A stretch of 37,157 nucleotides of DNA from positions 1-37,157 of the IMG/VR virus record IMGVR_UViG_3300033417_000033; one strand, written 5' to 3'. The DNA is from a virus (lineage: Duplodnaviria > Caudoviricetes). Below, piece after piece: positions 15,364 through 25,874 of this stretch. Numbering within the stretch: the first letter of the stretch is position 1; every line of letters begins with the position of its first letter. The notes beneath the pieces were generated by a model that was not told where the DNA came from, did no database searches, and saw nothing but the letters and a program-made list of their open reading frames with translations. A program made the translations under genes and the position numbers.

Positions 15364-16572
15364 ATGTCCAAGCCATTCGTCCCGGCCCTCCAACGTACCC
15401 GTAATCTATTTGAACTCTATCAATACGCATGCGGGAAAAGCGAAGTCCCGGCTGTTTATAATTTCTGGTCCAGTGTAGCCATGCTCGCCGCTATCCTCGA
15501 AGGCAATATCTGGTATGAAAAGCACGCAGACGAGAAACTATATCCCAATCTTTATATCTTCTTGATCGGGAGTGCGGCATCCGGCAAAGGCACGGCAATT
15601 AGCTTCGCAAATAAATTATGTGATAGAAGTGTAGTGACTCCGAAATACCGGGGGAGTGCGACGTGCGCGAGTCTGATTGATGTACTCGGCAAAATAGAAA
15701 AAGACGAATACGGCGCGAAGAAGCTCGCCAGCCCTCACCTCTGGCTGATAATGGATGAGCTGAAGAATAATCTCGGCACAAACGTCCCACTAGTTGAGGC
15801 ATTTGTCGCATTAATGACGGAGCTTTTCACGGCGACCGGCTATACAATAAACACGTCTACCAGGATGTACGGAAAGATTGATGTGATTGATCCAATTGTG
15901 AACTGGCTTATCGGAACAACGGAAAGTGATCTACGCGGCATCCTGTCAAGAAAACTTGTCGATAGCGGTTTCAGTAGTCGTGTTTGCTTCATTTTCGGTG
16001 AGCGGGATTATAATATCCGATACCCTCGAATCACCTACCCGCCAGATCGTGATGAGGTGATGGAGCACTTGAAAATCCGCCTCTGGGCTCTCCAACAGAT
16101 GAAAGGGCGTGTATTGATGACACCGGATGCTGAGGCCATGCAGGATCAATGGTATATGACTCGGCCAAGTCCAACTGAAGAGTCACTTGCAGCGGCGTGG
16201 GTGCGACAACACGATATGTTGTTGAAGTTCGCACAACTTTGTTGCCTTGCAGACGGGGGGCCTCCTGTCATCAGAACGGGTCATCTGGCAAGAGCAAAAG
16301 CAATGGTGGCGAGTGTAGCGAGTTATTCAAGTAAACTGCTATCAGTAGTGCATGAGACATTCGAGACAAAGCCAAGTAATGATGTGGAGAATTACATAAA
16401 GAGACGAAAGAGAGATGTTGAACATTCACCGCTATTGAAGTATTTTAGAAGCAAGAAGGGAATGGACGCAAGTAAGGTTAAAAAAGCGTTGTGGGATCTT
16501 ACGCAAGAGGGCATGATTCGCGCAAGCAAGGGTCCAAAGGGCGGGGTTGTATACGAGTGGATTGGTGGGTGA
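15364..16572 (+). CDS. DUF3987-like P-loop ATPase (putative replicative helicase) with C-terminal wHTH
   Basis: 'SEVP..YNFWS', 'YPNLYIFLIG.AASGKGT', 'MDEL', 'GFSSRVCFI'. Confidence 0.7.
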   Translation: MSKPFVPALQRTRNLFELYQYACGKSEVPAVYNFWSSVAMLAAILEGNIWYEKHADEKLYPNLYIFLIGSAASGKGTAISFANKLCDRSVVTPKYRGSATCASLIDVLGKIEKDEYGAKKLASPHLWLIMDELKNNLGTNVPLVEAFVALMTELFTATGYTINTSTRMYGKIDVIDPIVNWLIGTTESDLRGILSRKLVDSGFSSRVCFIFGERDYNIRYPRITYPPDRDEVMEHLKIRLWALQQMKGRVLMTPDAEAMQDQWYMTRPSPTEESLAAAWVRQHDMLLKFAQLCCLADGGPPVIRTGHLARAKAMVASVASYSSKLLSVVHETFETKPSNDVENYIKRRKRDVEHSPLLKYFRSKKGMDASKVKKALWDLTQEGMIRASKGPKGGVVYEWIGG

Positions 16573-16582
16573 TTTCGCTATT

Positions 16583-16604
16583 TATCAAACAAGTATCAAA
16601 CAAG
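16583..16604 (+). repeat. 11-bp tandem duplication
   Basis: TATCAAACAAG twice, just before an RBS. Confidence 0.85.
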
Positions 16605-16619
16605 CGGGAGGACATGAAA

Positions 16620-17111
16620 ATGGCATTTCAAGAAGTTGAAGTTAAGAGCAGAATTAAGAAGGGAGAAGGAACAACGACAAAGATGCCGCACGTCACAATG
16701 ACGGACGGAAAAAAATTCGTATTCAATCTGGCCGCTGCGAATTTGGTCGGGAATGTCGAAGGGCTGAATGCTGCGATGCTGTATGACGCGGAGAGCGGGT
16801 CAGTTGGTTTTCGCTTTCGTGAAGAGGCCCCCTGTGAGGTTATTATCGGTACGAAAACGCTGACAATTAAAGGAAACATTACCAACGTGTTGCCGGATAC
16901 CTTGAAAGCTGGAAAATGGCAGGCACCGATCACCTGGAACAAAGAGGCGCAATTGTTTGAAATTCATTCTGATGAATGGTTGACAGCACTTAAAAGGGGT
17001 GAGAAGGAAGCGGCGAAATTGGCTGTCATGGCCCCGGAGAAGCGTGCGGAGTACCTGGCGAAGAAAGCAGCTCGGCAGGCTGCTGAGAAGGCGAAGAGGG
17101 CGGCTGCTTAG
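16620..17111 (+). CDS. hypothetical protein, Lys/Ala-rich C-terminus
   Basis: GGGAGG at 16606 favours ATG 16620 (or 16614) over the ORF-track start. Confidence 0.75.
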   Translation: MAFQEVEVKSRIKKGEGTTTKMPHVTMTDGKKFVFNLAAANLVGNVEGLNAAMLYDAESGSVGFRFREEAPCEVIIGTKTLTIKGNITNVLPDTLKAGKWQAPITWNKEAQLFEIHSDEWLTALKRGEKEAAKLAVMAPEKRAEYLAKKAARQAAEKAKRAAA

Positions 17112-17132
17112 TCGGGTTAAGCTTGTGCAGTG

Positions 17133-17169
17133 AGAAGGAGCATTTGTCGCGAGCAGATGCTCCTTTTTT
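17133..17169. terminator. terminator at the convergence of the two arms (possibly bidirectional)
   Basis: AGAAGGAGCATTTG-TCGCGAG-CAGATGCTCCTTTT-TT. Confidence 0.85.
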
Positions 17170-17179
17170 GCTCACTTAC

Positions 17180-17422
17180 TCAGGGACCATTCAACGATTT
17201 CGCAATAACAAAACCTGCGGTGATGAGGGCAGTGATAAGATTCAGTGAAAGGCCAACAAGGATTCCGATGATCCAATTCTTCCCGGCTCCAATTGCTTCT
17301 GATAGTTTGTCTATCTTATTCCACTGTATCGTTTCGCTTTCCTTCAGGCATCTAAGTTGTTCATAGTAACCAGAGCAGTGAAGGCAATCGGTGCGGCGTT
17401 CGTCTCCGGTGTAGTCTGACAT
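17180..17422 (-). CDS. small single-TM protein (holin/XhlA-like candidate)
   Basis: Coiled N-part and hydrophobic C-terminal helix; last gene of the late arm. Confidence 0.5.
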   Translation of the reverse strand: MSDYTGDERRTDCLHCSGYYEQLRCLKESETIQWNKIDKLSEAIGAGKNWIIGILVGLSLNLITALITAGFVIAKSLNGP

Positions 17423-17525
17423 GGACGGGGTCCTTTATTTAGAGGGGTGAGTGATGCTTAATTTAATTCTATTGTGGATCATAGTGCATGTTGCGCTTTG
17501 GGTTTATCGGCGGTTTATCGTTTAA

Positions 17526-19715
17526 TCAGCGATTGCGCCGAGTCATTCCACGGGTTTGCTCTGCAATTCTACGCCGCTCTGCTGCGGTAATCGAACCTTT
17601 TTCAACACTCATCATCTTCTTCCCACCAAGAACACGGAAAATTATATCGGCAGGTGATTCGCCTGTTGTCGGCGGATTCGGGTTAATCTGGCTTGCATAG
17701 GTTGATTGCTCCGCATTTAGTCCAGGCGCGGTGAATCCTTGACCGGGAGGAAGAGCGGGTTGTCTAACCTGTCTGGCAAGTTCAGGTGAATAGGGTGAAT
17801 AGACTTCTCCCGGTGCTCGCATAGTTACACCTGGTTCAGGTCCAGGAGGCGCTGGGAGGGCAGGACGCGGTTTCGGTCCAGCGAGGCGCAACTGCTTACG
17901 AAGCTCGTTTGCTATCTGTTTTGGCTCTGATACACCGAATGCTTTAAGTGCGTCGATGAGTTCGGATTGCTTACCACCGCGCGACATTATATTTTGAATA
18001 GTTTGTACTATTTTACTCGATGGTGTGAATGGTTCCGCTAAAACGGCCTGCTTCTCCATCAACGAAGATCCATTCCGAAACATCTTAACCAGTTGATTCC
18101 CTGTTGCTTTCGCAGCTTTCTCGATATCCTGCACACCTCTTGTCGCAGCAAGCGCAGATATTCCTGCATGACCCGTTACAGCAACTTTCATTGCCTCTAC
18201 AGTGGCATATATTTGAGAATATTTAAACCCCGCCTGCTCAAGTTTCGTCTGCACCTGACTCTCAATTCCCTTCTTGAATGTCTGTAATTCTCCCCATCGC
18301 CGGAGTGCATCGGCTCCCGCCGGATCAATCTTCTGGTAGAAGGAATCTCGAATGGCGTTAATGCCAGCATCCTCTAGGCTTTTGACTTTAATGTCGAACT
18401 TAGATGGAATACCGCCAACCTCATTCGCCGCTTGAAGCATTTCATGGGCGGTTCGGAGTTCGAGCGGACCATTCTGCTCGTAGTTTTTAATAATCTTTTC
18501 GCCTGCTTTTATAATCGCGGGACTGTCACTCTTCCCAATAAGAGCGGCTTCCTGCATTTTGGCTCGGATTGCGGCAATCGCAGGCGCGGGATCTATTGTG
18601 CTGTTTGCGGCCTTCGCATTATCGAGAGCTGCCTCTATCGCCGGACCATACTGCTTCTGCCTCTGCTCGATAATCTGCATCGTATCGAATATCGCCGTTT
18701 TCGGATCTTCAGGCAACTTGAACGCTTTCTGCTTATAATTCATATCCGTCAAATTAAACGTGCTCTTATTACTAATAAGATCCTTCACAGCGCTTTCAGA
18801 TTTATCAAGTGCGGCACGAGCGGATTGCGTCTTTGAGCCGGATTGGAAGAATTCAACGGAGCGCTGTAGGCGATCACGGATTTCGATGCTTAATCGTCTA
18901 TTCACCAAATTAGCCGATGTTGCTCTTGTTGCCGGTTTTACTCCAATTAAAGCGGCACTCGAAACATCAGATACGATATTTTTTGCTTCGGTTGCTGCAA
19001 TTTTCTCAAGCGGAATAAGCGAAAAAGCGAATAAGGATTCAACAGTTTCGCCGATTTCAGGATTCCTTTTAAGAAACGTTGCTGTTGAATCGTAACCTTT
19101 CGATAGTGCGTTAATAAACTTGTGGCCAATTGCTGTGCTTTGGAAATTATTAAATTTAGTCCCTAATGTCTGAGAGACAGCATTACCTTTATCGGCTAAC
19201 CACTGTTTGAACTCTTCTGGTGTGAGAGTATTCCAAGCGGATATAAGCGTCTGATTAATCGGATCAACTGTAAAGGCGCTAACGGCTTGTCCAAGTTCAT
19301 TTACCTGATTAAGTGCTTGTGCGCCGAGAGGGGTAAAGTTTCCCGCTTGCTGTTGTTCAGCAAGAGCAACATTCCTTTGATGGATGTCTTTTATATTTGA
19401 CCATCGCTGTTGCCAGTCTTCACCGAGTCGGCTGGCAAAGGAAGAGCTGTCTGGGATGCTCGGGGGCGGCTGACTCGGTACAATTGTTGAGATTGCTGTC
19501 GCTGGGATCGGACCGGCCTGTGCGGCAGGTGCGGCAACGGTTCCGCCATATTGCTTGGCAAGATCGGCGTAGTTGGTTGCTGCTGGTGCTGGCGCGGGTG
19601 AGGGTGCGGAGGGCGGTGGAATGGTTGCCGAAGATGTCGGCGGGGGTGTAGGTGGAGGTGCATCTGAATTCAAAACAGCCCCCCCATACTGCTTTGCAAG
19701 TTCCGTGTAGTCCAT
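17526..19715 (-). CDS. internal virion/DNA ejection protein
   Basis: Large helical protein, last large gene of the virion module; repeated 'Y..LAKQYGG' motif. Confidence 0.6.
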   Translation of the reverse strand: MDYTELAKQYGGAVLNSDAPPPTPPPTSSATIPPPSAPSPAPAPAATNYADLAKQYGGTVAAPAAQAGPIPATAISTIVPSQPPPSIPDSSSFASRLGEDWQQRWSNIKDIHQRNVALAEQQQAGNFTPLGAQALNQVNELGQAVSAFTVDPINQTLISAWNTLTPEEFKQWLADKGNAVSQTLGTKFNNFQSTAIGHKFINALSKGYDSTATFLKRNPEIGETVESLFAFSLIPLEKIAATEAKNIVSDVSSAALIGVKPATRATSANLVNRRLSIEIRDRLQRSVEFFQSGSKTQSARAALDKSESAVKDLISNKSTFNLTDMNYKQKAFKLPEDPKTAIFDTMQIIEQRQKQYGPAIEAALDNAKAANSTIDPAPAIAAIRAKMQEAALIGKSDSPAIIKAGEKIIKNYEQNGPLELRTAHEMLQAANEVGGIPSKFDIKVKSLEDAGINAIRDSFYQKIDPAGADALRRWGELQTFKKGIESQVQTKLEQAGFKYSQIYATVEAMKVAVTGHAGISALAATRGVQDIEKAAKATGNQLVKMFRNGSSLMEKQAVLAEPFTPSSKIVQTIQNIMSRGGKQSELIDALKAFGVSEPKQIANELRKQLRLAGPKPRPALPAPPGPEPGVTMRAPGEVYSPYSPELARQVRQPALPPGQGFTAPGLNAEQSTYASQINPNPPTTGESPADIIFRVLGGKKMMSVEKGSITAAERRRIAEQTRGMTRRNR

Positions 19716-21514
19716 TACTTAATACCTGCGGCTTGTTTGAATTGGTCAGCGGCTTGCTGATTGGGAAAAGTGAGAACTGTCCCATCTGGAGCTGTTACGG
19801 TGATTTGATCACCAGCAGGATTGGCTGCGGCAGACTCAGGTGGTGTCGCATTAGGCGTGTCTTTATGCAGTGATTGCACTTCTCCAGCAAGATCTGGCTT
19901 CAGTGCAACAAGAGTCTCCTGTGCCTTGGGTGAAAGAAGATCAATCCCATTACTTGAAATCCCCATGCCTTGGGTATATTTCGATCCAAGTGCCTGTAGT
20001 CGTCCTACCATGAGATCAATTGCGCTTTGCATTAGGGCATTTACCTGTTCAGGTGTAGCGCCGGTATTTTTCGTTTGATCTCGCCAAGCATTGATTTCAC
20101 CCTCGCTCATGCCGGTCTGCCGGAATACTTTCGCAAGTTCACCTGCAACACCTTCTCCGAGTGTTTTAATGCTGCCTGTGGATTTTTGAATTTTTTTGCT
20201 GCCAAATTGCGTACCGAGCCAATTAGCGGCAACATTCAAAGAAGGAAAATTACCGTTCTCAAGCCCATCGTAGGCGGTTTTAAGTGATTGAAGATGTGCT
20301 AGTGCTGTGTTGAGTGCAGTGATGTTATTCGAGTCCGTGCCGCTGGTGAAAGATTGCCTTGTTTTTGCTCTTGAGTTATAATTAATCGCATCGAATCCGG
20401 GATCATATTGCGATACTGCTTGAAGCATATTTTGCCAGTAGTCTGATTTCAGAGCAAAACCGGAGGGGAATTGCATCCTACCCTCTGCGAGAGCCTTCAC
20501 TTGATCCGCTACTCCCGGCTGAAGTGTCGAGAGGAATTCTGGCCCTGAGACATCCGTGTTCATTGCGCCAGCTTTACCGGGACCGAATAAACTTGCCGCA
20601 GATGGTCCAATGCCGACACGATATGCTCCAGTCGGTATCTTTGCACCTACTTCCTTCGGGAAATATTGAATCGTGCCATCCGGTAGCTGCCAGGCATCCC
20701 CTTCTTTCGCTTTCTCCTTTGAGCCTGTTTTAAAGATACTGCGCTTCAGCTCATTCCCATTCGCATCAAATAGCACAATTGCCGTAGTACCTTGGTCTGC
20801 TTGCTCAATTTTTTCCCAATGTGTTGCAGTAGTGCCGGTTTCTTTGCTCATGTAAGATTTACGGAGATCGGAATATTCTTGAGCGGTAATATCACCGTTG
20901 GCACGTAATGATTTAATGTCTGCGAGATGTTTTGATAAGTCGCTCTTGGGTGGTGCAGCTAAATTGAATGTCGTACTGCGCTCACCTTTGTCGTTTACAG
21001 TTTGACTGATATCGAGTTCCCGCCCGGCAAGAAGGTTCTGTGGAGCTTGTGCGGGGGCTGATTGTGTGATAGGGGTAGTTGCGTTATCCGTTAGCAGCCC
21101 TTGCTGAGGCATTTGCGTTTGACTCTGCATAGGGGCTTGTTGTGGTGGTGAACCTCCGCTGATGCTCTGCAAAAGTGACTTTAATCCCGTAGGATCGTCT
21201 CGTCTTTGCACTTGATCCTGCTCGTATTTTGCATGTGCATCATCCCCACCCTTTATAGCATAGAGTGATTGAATAACTTTAGGATAATAGCTCATCGCGC
21301 CAGGGTCATCTTTTAAGCGTTTGAGGACCGCGATGCTGTCGGGGGAGTTTGATTCGGCAACTTTTGTCAAGAGCGTTTTATATGCTTCTTGTTCGGGGTC
21401 TTTCTCCTTCTCACCACGTGAAGCAGATCGCGCGAAATCCATTGCATTCGATTGTGCTGATGCGGCACCGGAAGCAGCATTTGACATGATTCCCGATAAT
21501 AGGTTAGTAGCCAT
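19715..21514 (-). CDS. internal virion/DNA ejection protein
   Basis: Start MATNLL after GAGGT; Ala/Gln-rich helical; position typical of podovirus ejection genes. Confidence 0.6.
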   Translation of the reverse strand: MATNLLSGIMSNAASGAASAQSNAMDFARSASRGEKEKDPEQEAYKTLLTKVAESNSPDSIAVLKRLKDDPGAMSYYPKVIQSLYAIKGGDDAHAKYEQDQVQRRDDPTGLKSLLQSISGGSPPQQAPMQSQTQMPQQGLLTDNATTPITQSAPAQAPQNLLAGRELDISQTVNDKGERSTTFNLAAPPKSDLSKHLADIKSLRANGDITAQEYSDLRKSYMSKETGTTATHWEKIEQADQGTTAIVLFDANGNELKRSIFKTGSKEKAKEGDAWQLPDGTIQYFPKEVGAKIPTGAYRVGIGPSAASLFGPGKAGAMNTDVSGPEFLSTLQPGVADQVKALAEGRMQFPSGFALKSDYWQNMLQAVSQYDPGFDAINYNSRAKTRQSFTSGTDSNNITALNTALAHLQSLKTAYDGLENGNFPSLNVAANWLGTQFGSKKIQKSTGSIKTLGEGVAGELAKVFRQTGMSEGEINAWRDQTKNTGATPEQVNALMQSAIDLMVGRLQALGSKYTQGMGISSNGIDLLSPKAQETLVALKPDLAGEVQSLHKDTPNATPPESAAANPAGDQITVTAPDGTVLTFPNQQAADQFKQAAGIK

Positions 21515-21515
21515 C

Positions 21516-22211
21516 TTATTTACCTCGTCCGAAGCCCGCGCCCGTATTCTTACTATCGCCACTCGCCTTGACATTACCGCCAACAGCACCACTTAAACCG
21601 GAGAGAGCTGTCTGAGATTGACCAAGTACGAAATTCGGAAGCATACCGTATAGCGTTTTCATGACGTCTGTTTGTGTATTTGCAACATTCATACTATTTT
21701 CACGCTTACCTTGACTGAGGATAGATTGTCCGAACGGAGTACCGACAAGGCCGGTTCGAGCAAGTTCATCGCGTGTGCCTGATTGTGCCTGTGATCCTGC
21801 TCGTCTGGAGGCTTCCAACGCCTGGGCAATGATCGGCACTTGGACGCCGCCGCCGCGCTGGAAGTCAGATTTCTTTGGTGCGACTGGTGCGACTGGTGCG
21901 GCGTTGGGTATTACAGCACTTTTATACCACGGAACAGTCCCGGAGGGTTGTGAGCTGCCGCTACGATCCCCTGCTTCCCAGGCAGCCGTATCCGTGTTAT
22001 ATTTTTCAACTGCGGCATCATACCCCGCTTGATCAAAGCCAATCTTACCGGACGGATTGCTCAAAATGCCCATGAGCTGATTAATGAAGCCCGTGCGCAA
22101 ACCCGCTGTCTCTTTGGAGAATCCCTCTGAGATTTTTGCTAAGGTAGTGGCTGCTGCATCAGACTGTGAGCCGCTACTCGAACCTTTACTTCCTGAAATT
22201 CCTGTAGACAT
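21516..22211 (-). CDS. small ejection/pilot protein
   Basis: Gly/Ser-rich ends; first of three putative ejection genes. Confidence 0.5.
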   Translation of the reverse strand: MSTGISGSKGSSSGSQSDAAATTLAKISEGFSKETAGLRTGFINQLMGILSNPSGKIGFDQAGYDAAVEKYNTDTAAWEAGDRSGSSQPSGTVPWYKSAVIPNAAPVAPVAPKKSDFQRGGGVQVPIIAQALEASRRAGSQAQSGTRDELARTGLVGTPFGQSILSQGKRENSMNVANTQTDVMKTLYGMLPNFVLGQSQTALSGLSGAVGGNVKASGDSKNTGAGFGRGK

Positions 22212-22215
22212 ATTA

Positions 22216-22776
22216 TCACTCCTTTATCAGACCAAAATACTTGGATTCTGCGAATTGTTCTCTAGTCATTTGTACCAGATAAACAATATCTTGTCCAAGG
22301 AATTTGCGGAGATTACCCACCACTGAGTAGCCGAGTTTGATATGACGATTTAATATCGCCGGTTGCCAAGTCGTACCGACGATTGTTTCATAAAATGTGA
22401 AGACAAGAGAATAGAGCATTTTCAAACGTGCGAGATTTGTCTTTATTTTGCCGCTTGCCGGATCAATCCAGAGTCCGGCAAAGATAGAGACACCGGAAGG
22501 CTCTGTGAACCAGCAGGCAAAATTAATCTCACCGACACTATTTAGACCGTAGAAAAAAATACAAGGCAGTTGATATGTTTGCATGAACTTGTGTAAGCTG
22601 CGGCACCACGGAACAGCCAATTTATCAATATCACCTGTCTCATTGAGGCGCATCCACCATTTCACTAATAGCATATCTCCCGCACTTGACGCATTATACA
22701 CGGAGAGCTTCAAGCGGTCAAAGTGTGGTTGATATTGCTCAAGGGTAGTAGCTATAGTGTCGTTGTTTGGGTTCAT
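22216..22776 (-). CDS. GNAT-fold-like virion assembly protein
   Basis: Position between tail nozzle and ejection genes; 'HIKLGYSVVG' resembles a GNAT C-terminus. Confidence 0.45.
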   Translation of the reverse strand: MNPNNDTIATTLEQYQPHFDRLKLSVYNASSAGDMLLVKWWMRLNETGDIDKLAVPWCRSLHKFMQTYQLPCIFFYGLNSVGEINFACWFTEPSGVSIFAGLWIDPASGKIKTNLARLKMLYSLVFTFYETIVGTTWQPAILNRHIKLGYSVVGNLRKFLGQDIVYLVQMTREQFAESKYFGLIKE

Positions 22777-24431
22777 TTCGGCGTGTAGAATTCAGGTTTG
22801 ATTGAAAAGACTTCAATTACTGATGTGACTAATCCGGTAATGCGAAGGGTAAAAAGAGTGCCGACTTTCCCGATGTTGAAGAATACCTTCACACGGGCGG
22901 TAGATTGCATTACGCCGAGAACGGTGGTCACGCCATCAACAATGAGAGTCGCTGTGATTTGATTGCCACTTGTGTTAATATCAAACGTGAGAAACTGCAA
23001 CACGGCAGCTATAGAGCTATCTATATTGATTGAGGGCGGTTCAAGTATGATTGAAATTGCATCACCGTTGTCGGTGTAGATTAGGGGCTTCTCGAAATCG
23101 ACCACCTTACTGTTATAGGTTACTGCAAGTTGATCCGTTTCTTCGTTGTAATAGAGTGCGGAAAGTCCGACACCGAGATCACGGAAACGGCCCTCTCTAT
23201 TCACGGCGAGAGTTTGAACACCGTCACTACCGATATACTCATCACGAGCAAAGGTTGCCTGGATTACCGAAGAAAAAGCGGTAAAATCCCCTACACTTTC
23301 CCCGCGAACAATACGATCAACAGCTCCAGAGGAGATAACCGTGCTTGTGTTGCCGTCAAATAAGCGAAAGCCGTCGTGGGCGAGATAGGCAATACCAAAA
23401 GGAGTCTCGACGACTGAGAAGGGTTGGGTTGTGCCGGAGCAGTTTGGCACCTCTCGCGAGATGTATGGATTATCCCCGCCGATTAGGAAGATGCCACGTT
23501 CGGCAATAACGCCAAGTTGCCCTTGGAAGCGGAATATGCGTTGAAGAGGGTTCGTGTCGCTTGTGATCTCAATGAAGCCTTGCATCGCCTCTACGCGACC
23601 GATAGCGGAGTAGAAGAGCCGCCCACGCTGACCAGGTTCGGTGCGCGTGATCCAGAACATACTTGCGTTAAAGGGTCCAAGGCAGTCATCGAAGTAGGCA
23701 AAAGGCTTGATGTTGTCGAGGGGGAGCTCTTCGGTTGCAAGATCAATAGTGCCGTCGTCAGTGTATGTCGCTATTCCGGCGGCAATTTCATCGAGATAGA
23801 AAAAGAGGGAGCCGTTTGGTCCAGTGCGCCAAATCTCAACTGTGTCTATTTGACTGTCAAGTAATGAGCCATCGGGAATTGCAGATAATTCAATTGTTAT
23901 ATTACTACCGGAAGGTGTTGCACTGACAGCAACTAGGTTACTATTTGAACGATGTCCTGTAATGCTGTTTTTATATGTGATGAGATACTGATAAACATAA
24001 TCTGCTATGAGGGAACCGCCAGCGATAATTGCCGCAATAGGTGCAGATGCCGGAATATCAATACCCCAATTCTGTACAGTACCGTCTGCCTTACTCTTAT
24101 AAAGGGTTCCACCACCGGCGATAAATAGGTAATCAGCAATTCCGGCAACTGGAGGACATTTCACGAGGGATAGCCGATCTCCTGAGAGAGATAGAGAAAG
24201 GTCCACCGTATTACGGTAAAATGTAGTGCCGACTCCATACCAAAATACATCATCAAAATAGACAATAGAGTGTGCGTCAAGTTCCGCGAGAAGCTCTGAG
24301 CCAAAGCGAGAACGAAAAGATTCGGATGCCGTTGCTGAAAGGCCGCGATTACTCCGTGTAAAACCTTCCGGGATTCTGTCAGAGGGTCCGGCAAGCGACA
24401 GTCCAGATGTGAAATTTTTAATGGTTTCCAT
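22773..24431 (-). CDS. tail nozzle / packaged-DNA stabilisation protein (P22 gp10 / tail tubular B-like)
   Basis: 'NFTSGL', 'LFYSAIG', 'IAYLAHDGFRLFDG': beta-propeller-like patterns. Confidence 0.7.
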   Translation of the reverse strand: METIKNFTSGLSLAGPSDRIPEGFTRSNRGLSATASESFRSRFGSELLAELDAHSIVYFDDVFWYGVGTTFYRNTVDLSLSLSGDRLSLVKCPPVAGIADYLFIAGGGTLYKSKADGTVQNWGIDIPASAPIAAIIAGGSLIADYVYQYLITYKNSITGHRSNSNLVAVSATPSGSNITIELSAIPDGSLLDSQIDTVEIWRTGPNGSLFFYLDEIAAGIATYTDDGTIDLATEELPLDNIKPFAYFDDCLGPFNASMFWITRTEPGQRGRLFYSAIGRVEAMQGFIEITSDTNPLQRIFRFQGQLGVIAERGIFLIGGDNPYISREVPNCSGTTQPFSVVETPFGIAYLAHDGFRLFDGNTSTVISSGAVDRIVRGESVGDFTAFSSVIQATFARDEYIGSDGVQTLAVNREGRFRDLGVGLSALYYNEETDQLAVTYNSKVVDFEKPLIYTDNGDAISIILEPPSINIDSSIAAVLQFLTFDINTSGNQITATLIVDGVTTVLGVMQSTARVKVFFNIGKVGTLFTLRITGLVTSVIEVFSIKPEFYTPK

Positions 24432-24805
24432 TAGATAAACCCAATTTCACCCTCACCTTGGATACTTAGGGCCGTGGCTGTACCGGAACCGCCAACAAGA
24501 AAATCAGCGGCATCAAATCGCATTTGGCCGTACCAGTCATATGCTGAATTAGCCGGCACTGCCTGACCAACACCGACAACCTCAGTGCCGGCAGCGTTTG
24601 CGCCAGTTGCACCCTTCCAAAGGGAAAAGGTCGCAGCACTTGCTGTTTTATTCACAACTCGAAGGTGCTTAATAATAATATACGGTTGTGTCGCGGTAAA
24701 ACCCACCGGACCGGCTAATGATGTGATTGCCGGATTGAGTATATCCGTGGTAAGCGTAGTGGTAAGTGCAACTGGCCCGAAATTAAAAATTTTATTTGCT
24801 GACAT
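24431..24805 (-). CDS. small structural protein
   Basis: Beta-rich 124 aa in the tail module. Confidence 0.6.
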   Translation of the reverse strand: MSANKIFNFGPVALTTTLTTDILNPAITSLAGPVGFTATQPYIIIKHLRVVNKTASAATFSLWKGATGANAAGTEVVGVGQAVPANSAYDWYGQMRFDAADFLVGGSGTATALSIQGEGEIGFI

Positions 24806-24814
24806 TTTGTCACC

Positions 24815-25873
24815 TTATACGTAGAAGTTTGGTGCTTTTTGTTTGGTGGCCATATTAGTTGATTGATAGTGAATATCTATATAATGCAAAAAAGGTACTT
24901 GATCTAATGTATCTGCAGCATCAGTCGGATCTCGAAACCCTCTAACCATTATCAACCCATCAGGTTCAATAATACTAGAGTCTATTTCTGTTGCAGAAGG
25001 GGCTAATGACGAAAGTTGTACCTCAGAAATTATATGCTGATATTGTGTTGAACTAGCTGTAGCTATAACTGACGTTATGAAAGATGCAGGAAATGCAGCT
25101 TGATTATGCCCCTTTGCATAAGAGATTTCAAACTGCCACTTAACATCGCCAGGGACTCCAGCAGGACCTCCTGTATCAACTATATTTTGTGACCAATGAG
25201 TATGAATAAATATATCACTACCTGGAACATAGTCATGGGGTATATGAAAGTGAAAATGTGCCTCATTCGTTGACACATTACTAAATGAAAACGCCTTTAT
25301 GCTATCCCGAAAAACGACCAAAGTAGGATCGGTAGCACCAGGAGAAAGAATCTTTATTTCTCCAAGAAGATCCCGGAATCCGAAAGTTGGTGCATCAAAG
25401 TCAACCTTAATGCCTGATCCGCTCAATTTTGGCAATATCAAGCTATCCGTGATGATCAATACTGAATGGGTCGCCGCTTGATTTTGCGTGGCTGGTGGAT
25501 AAGGGAAGCATTCTCCACCGTCATCCCCATCTATTCCAATACCAGGAAGCCCTTGAATCCCCGGTACCCCTTGAGGACCCGGAATAATCGGAGCATCTTC
25601 ACCATCTTGGCCATCTTCACCAAGAATAACATTAAAGTTAAGAGACTCTTCTAGAGTATTCAAGGCAAGCTCAAGTTGTGTAACATTAACGGCATCACCA
25701 GCATCCGTACCGGCACCGATATCCGTAATTTTTTGACCATTGACTGAGATATCATTACCGACTTGCGATAAACTATTCAAGCGCCGAGAAATAGAATCAA
25801 GTATTCGCGCAAGTTCTCTTCGAAGAGATGCAATATCACCATTCAATGCGAGTGTGTAATATTCGCGAGGCAT
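24815..25873 (-). CDS. tail-associated protein with short collagen-like segment
   Basis: 'DAGDAVNVTQL' fibre motif and GPQGVPGIQGLPG. Confidence 0.65.
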   Translation of the reverse strand: MPREYYTLALNGDIASLRRELARILDSISRRLNSLSQVGNDISVNGQKITDIGAGTDAGDAVNVTQLELALNTLEESLNFNVILGEDGQDGEDAPIIPGPQGVPGIQGLPGIGIDGDDGGECFPYPPATQNQAATHSVLIITDSLILPKLSGSGIKVDFDAPTFGFRDLLGEIKILSPGATDPTLVVFRDSIKAFSFSNVSTNEAHFHFHIPHDYVPGSDIFIHTHWSQNIVDTGGPAGVPGDVKWQFEISYAKGHNQAAFPASFITSVIATASSTQYQHIISEVQLSSLAPSATEIDSSIIEPDGLIMVRGFRDPTDAADTLDQVPFLHYIDIHYQSTNMATKQKAPNFYV

Positions 25874-25874
25874 C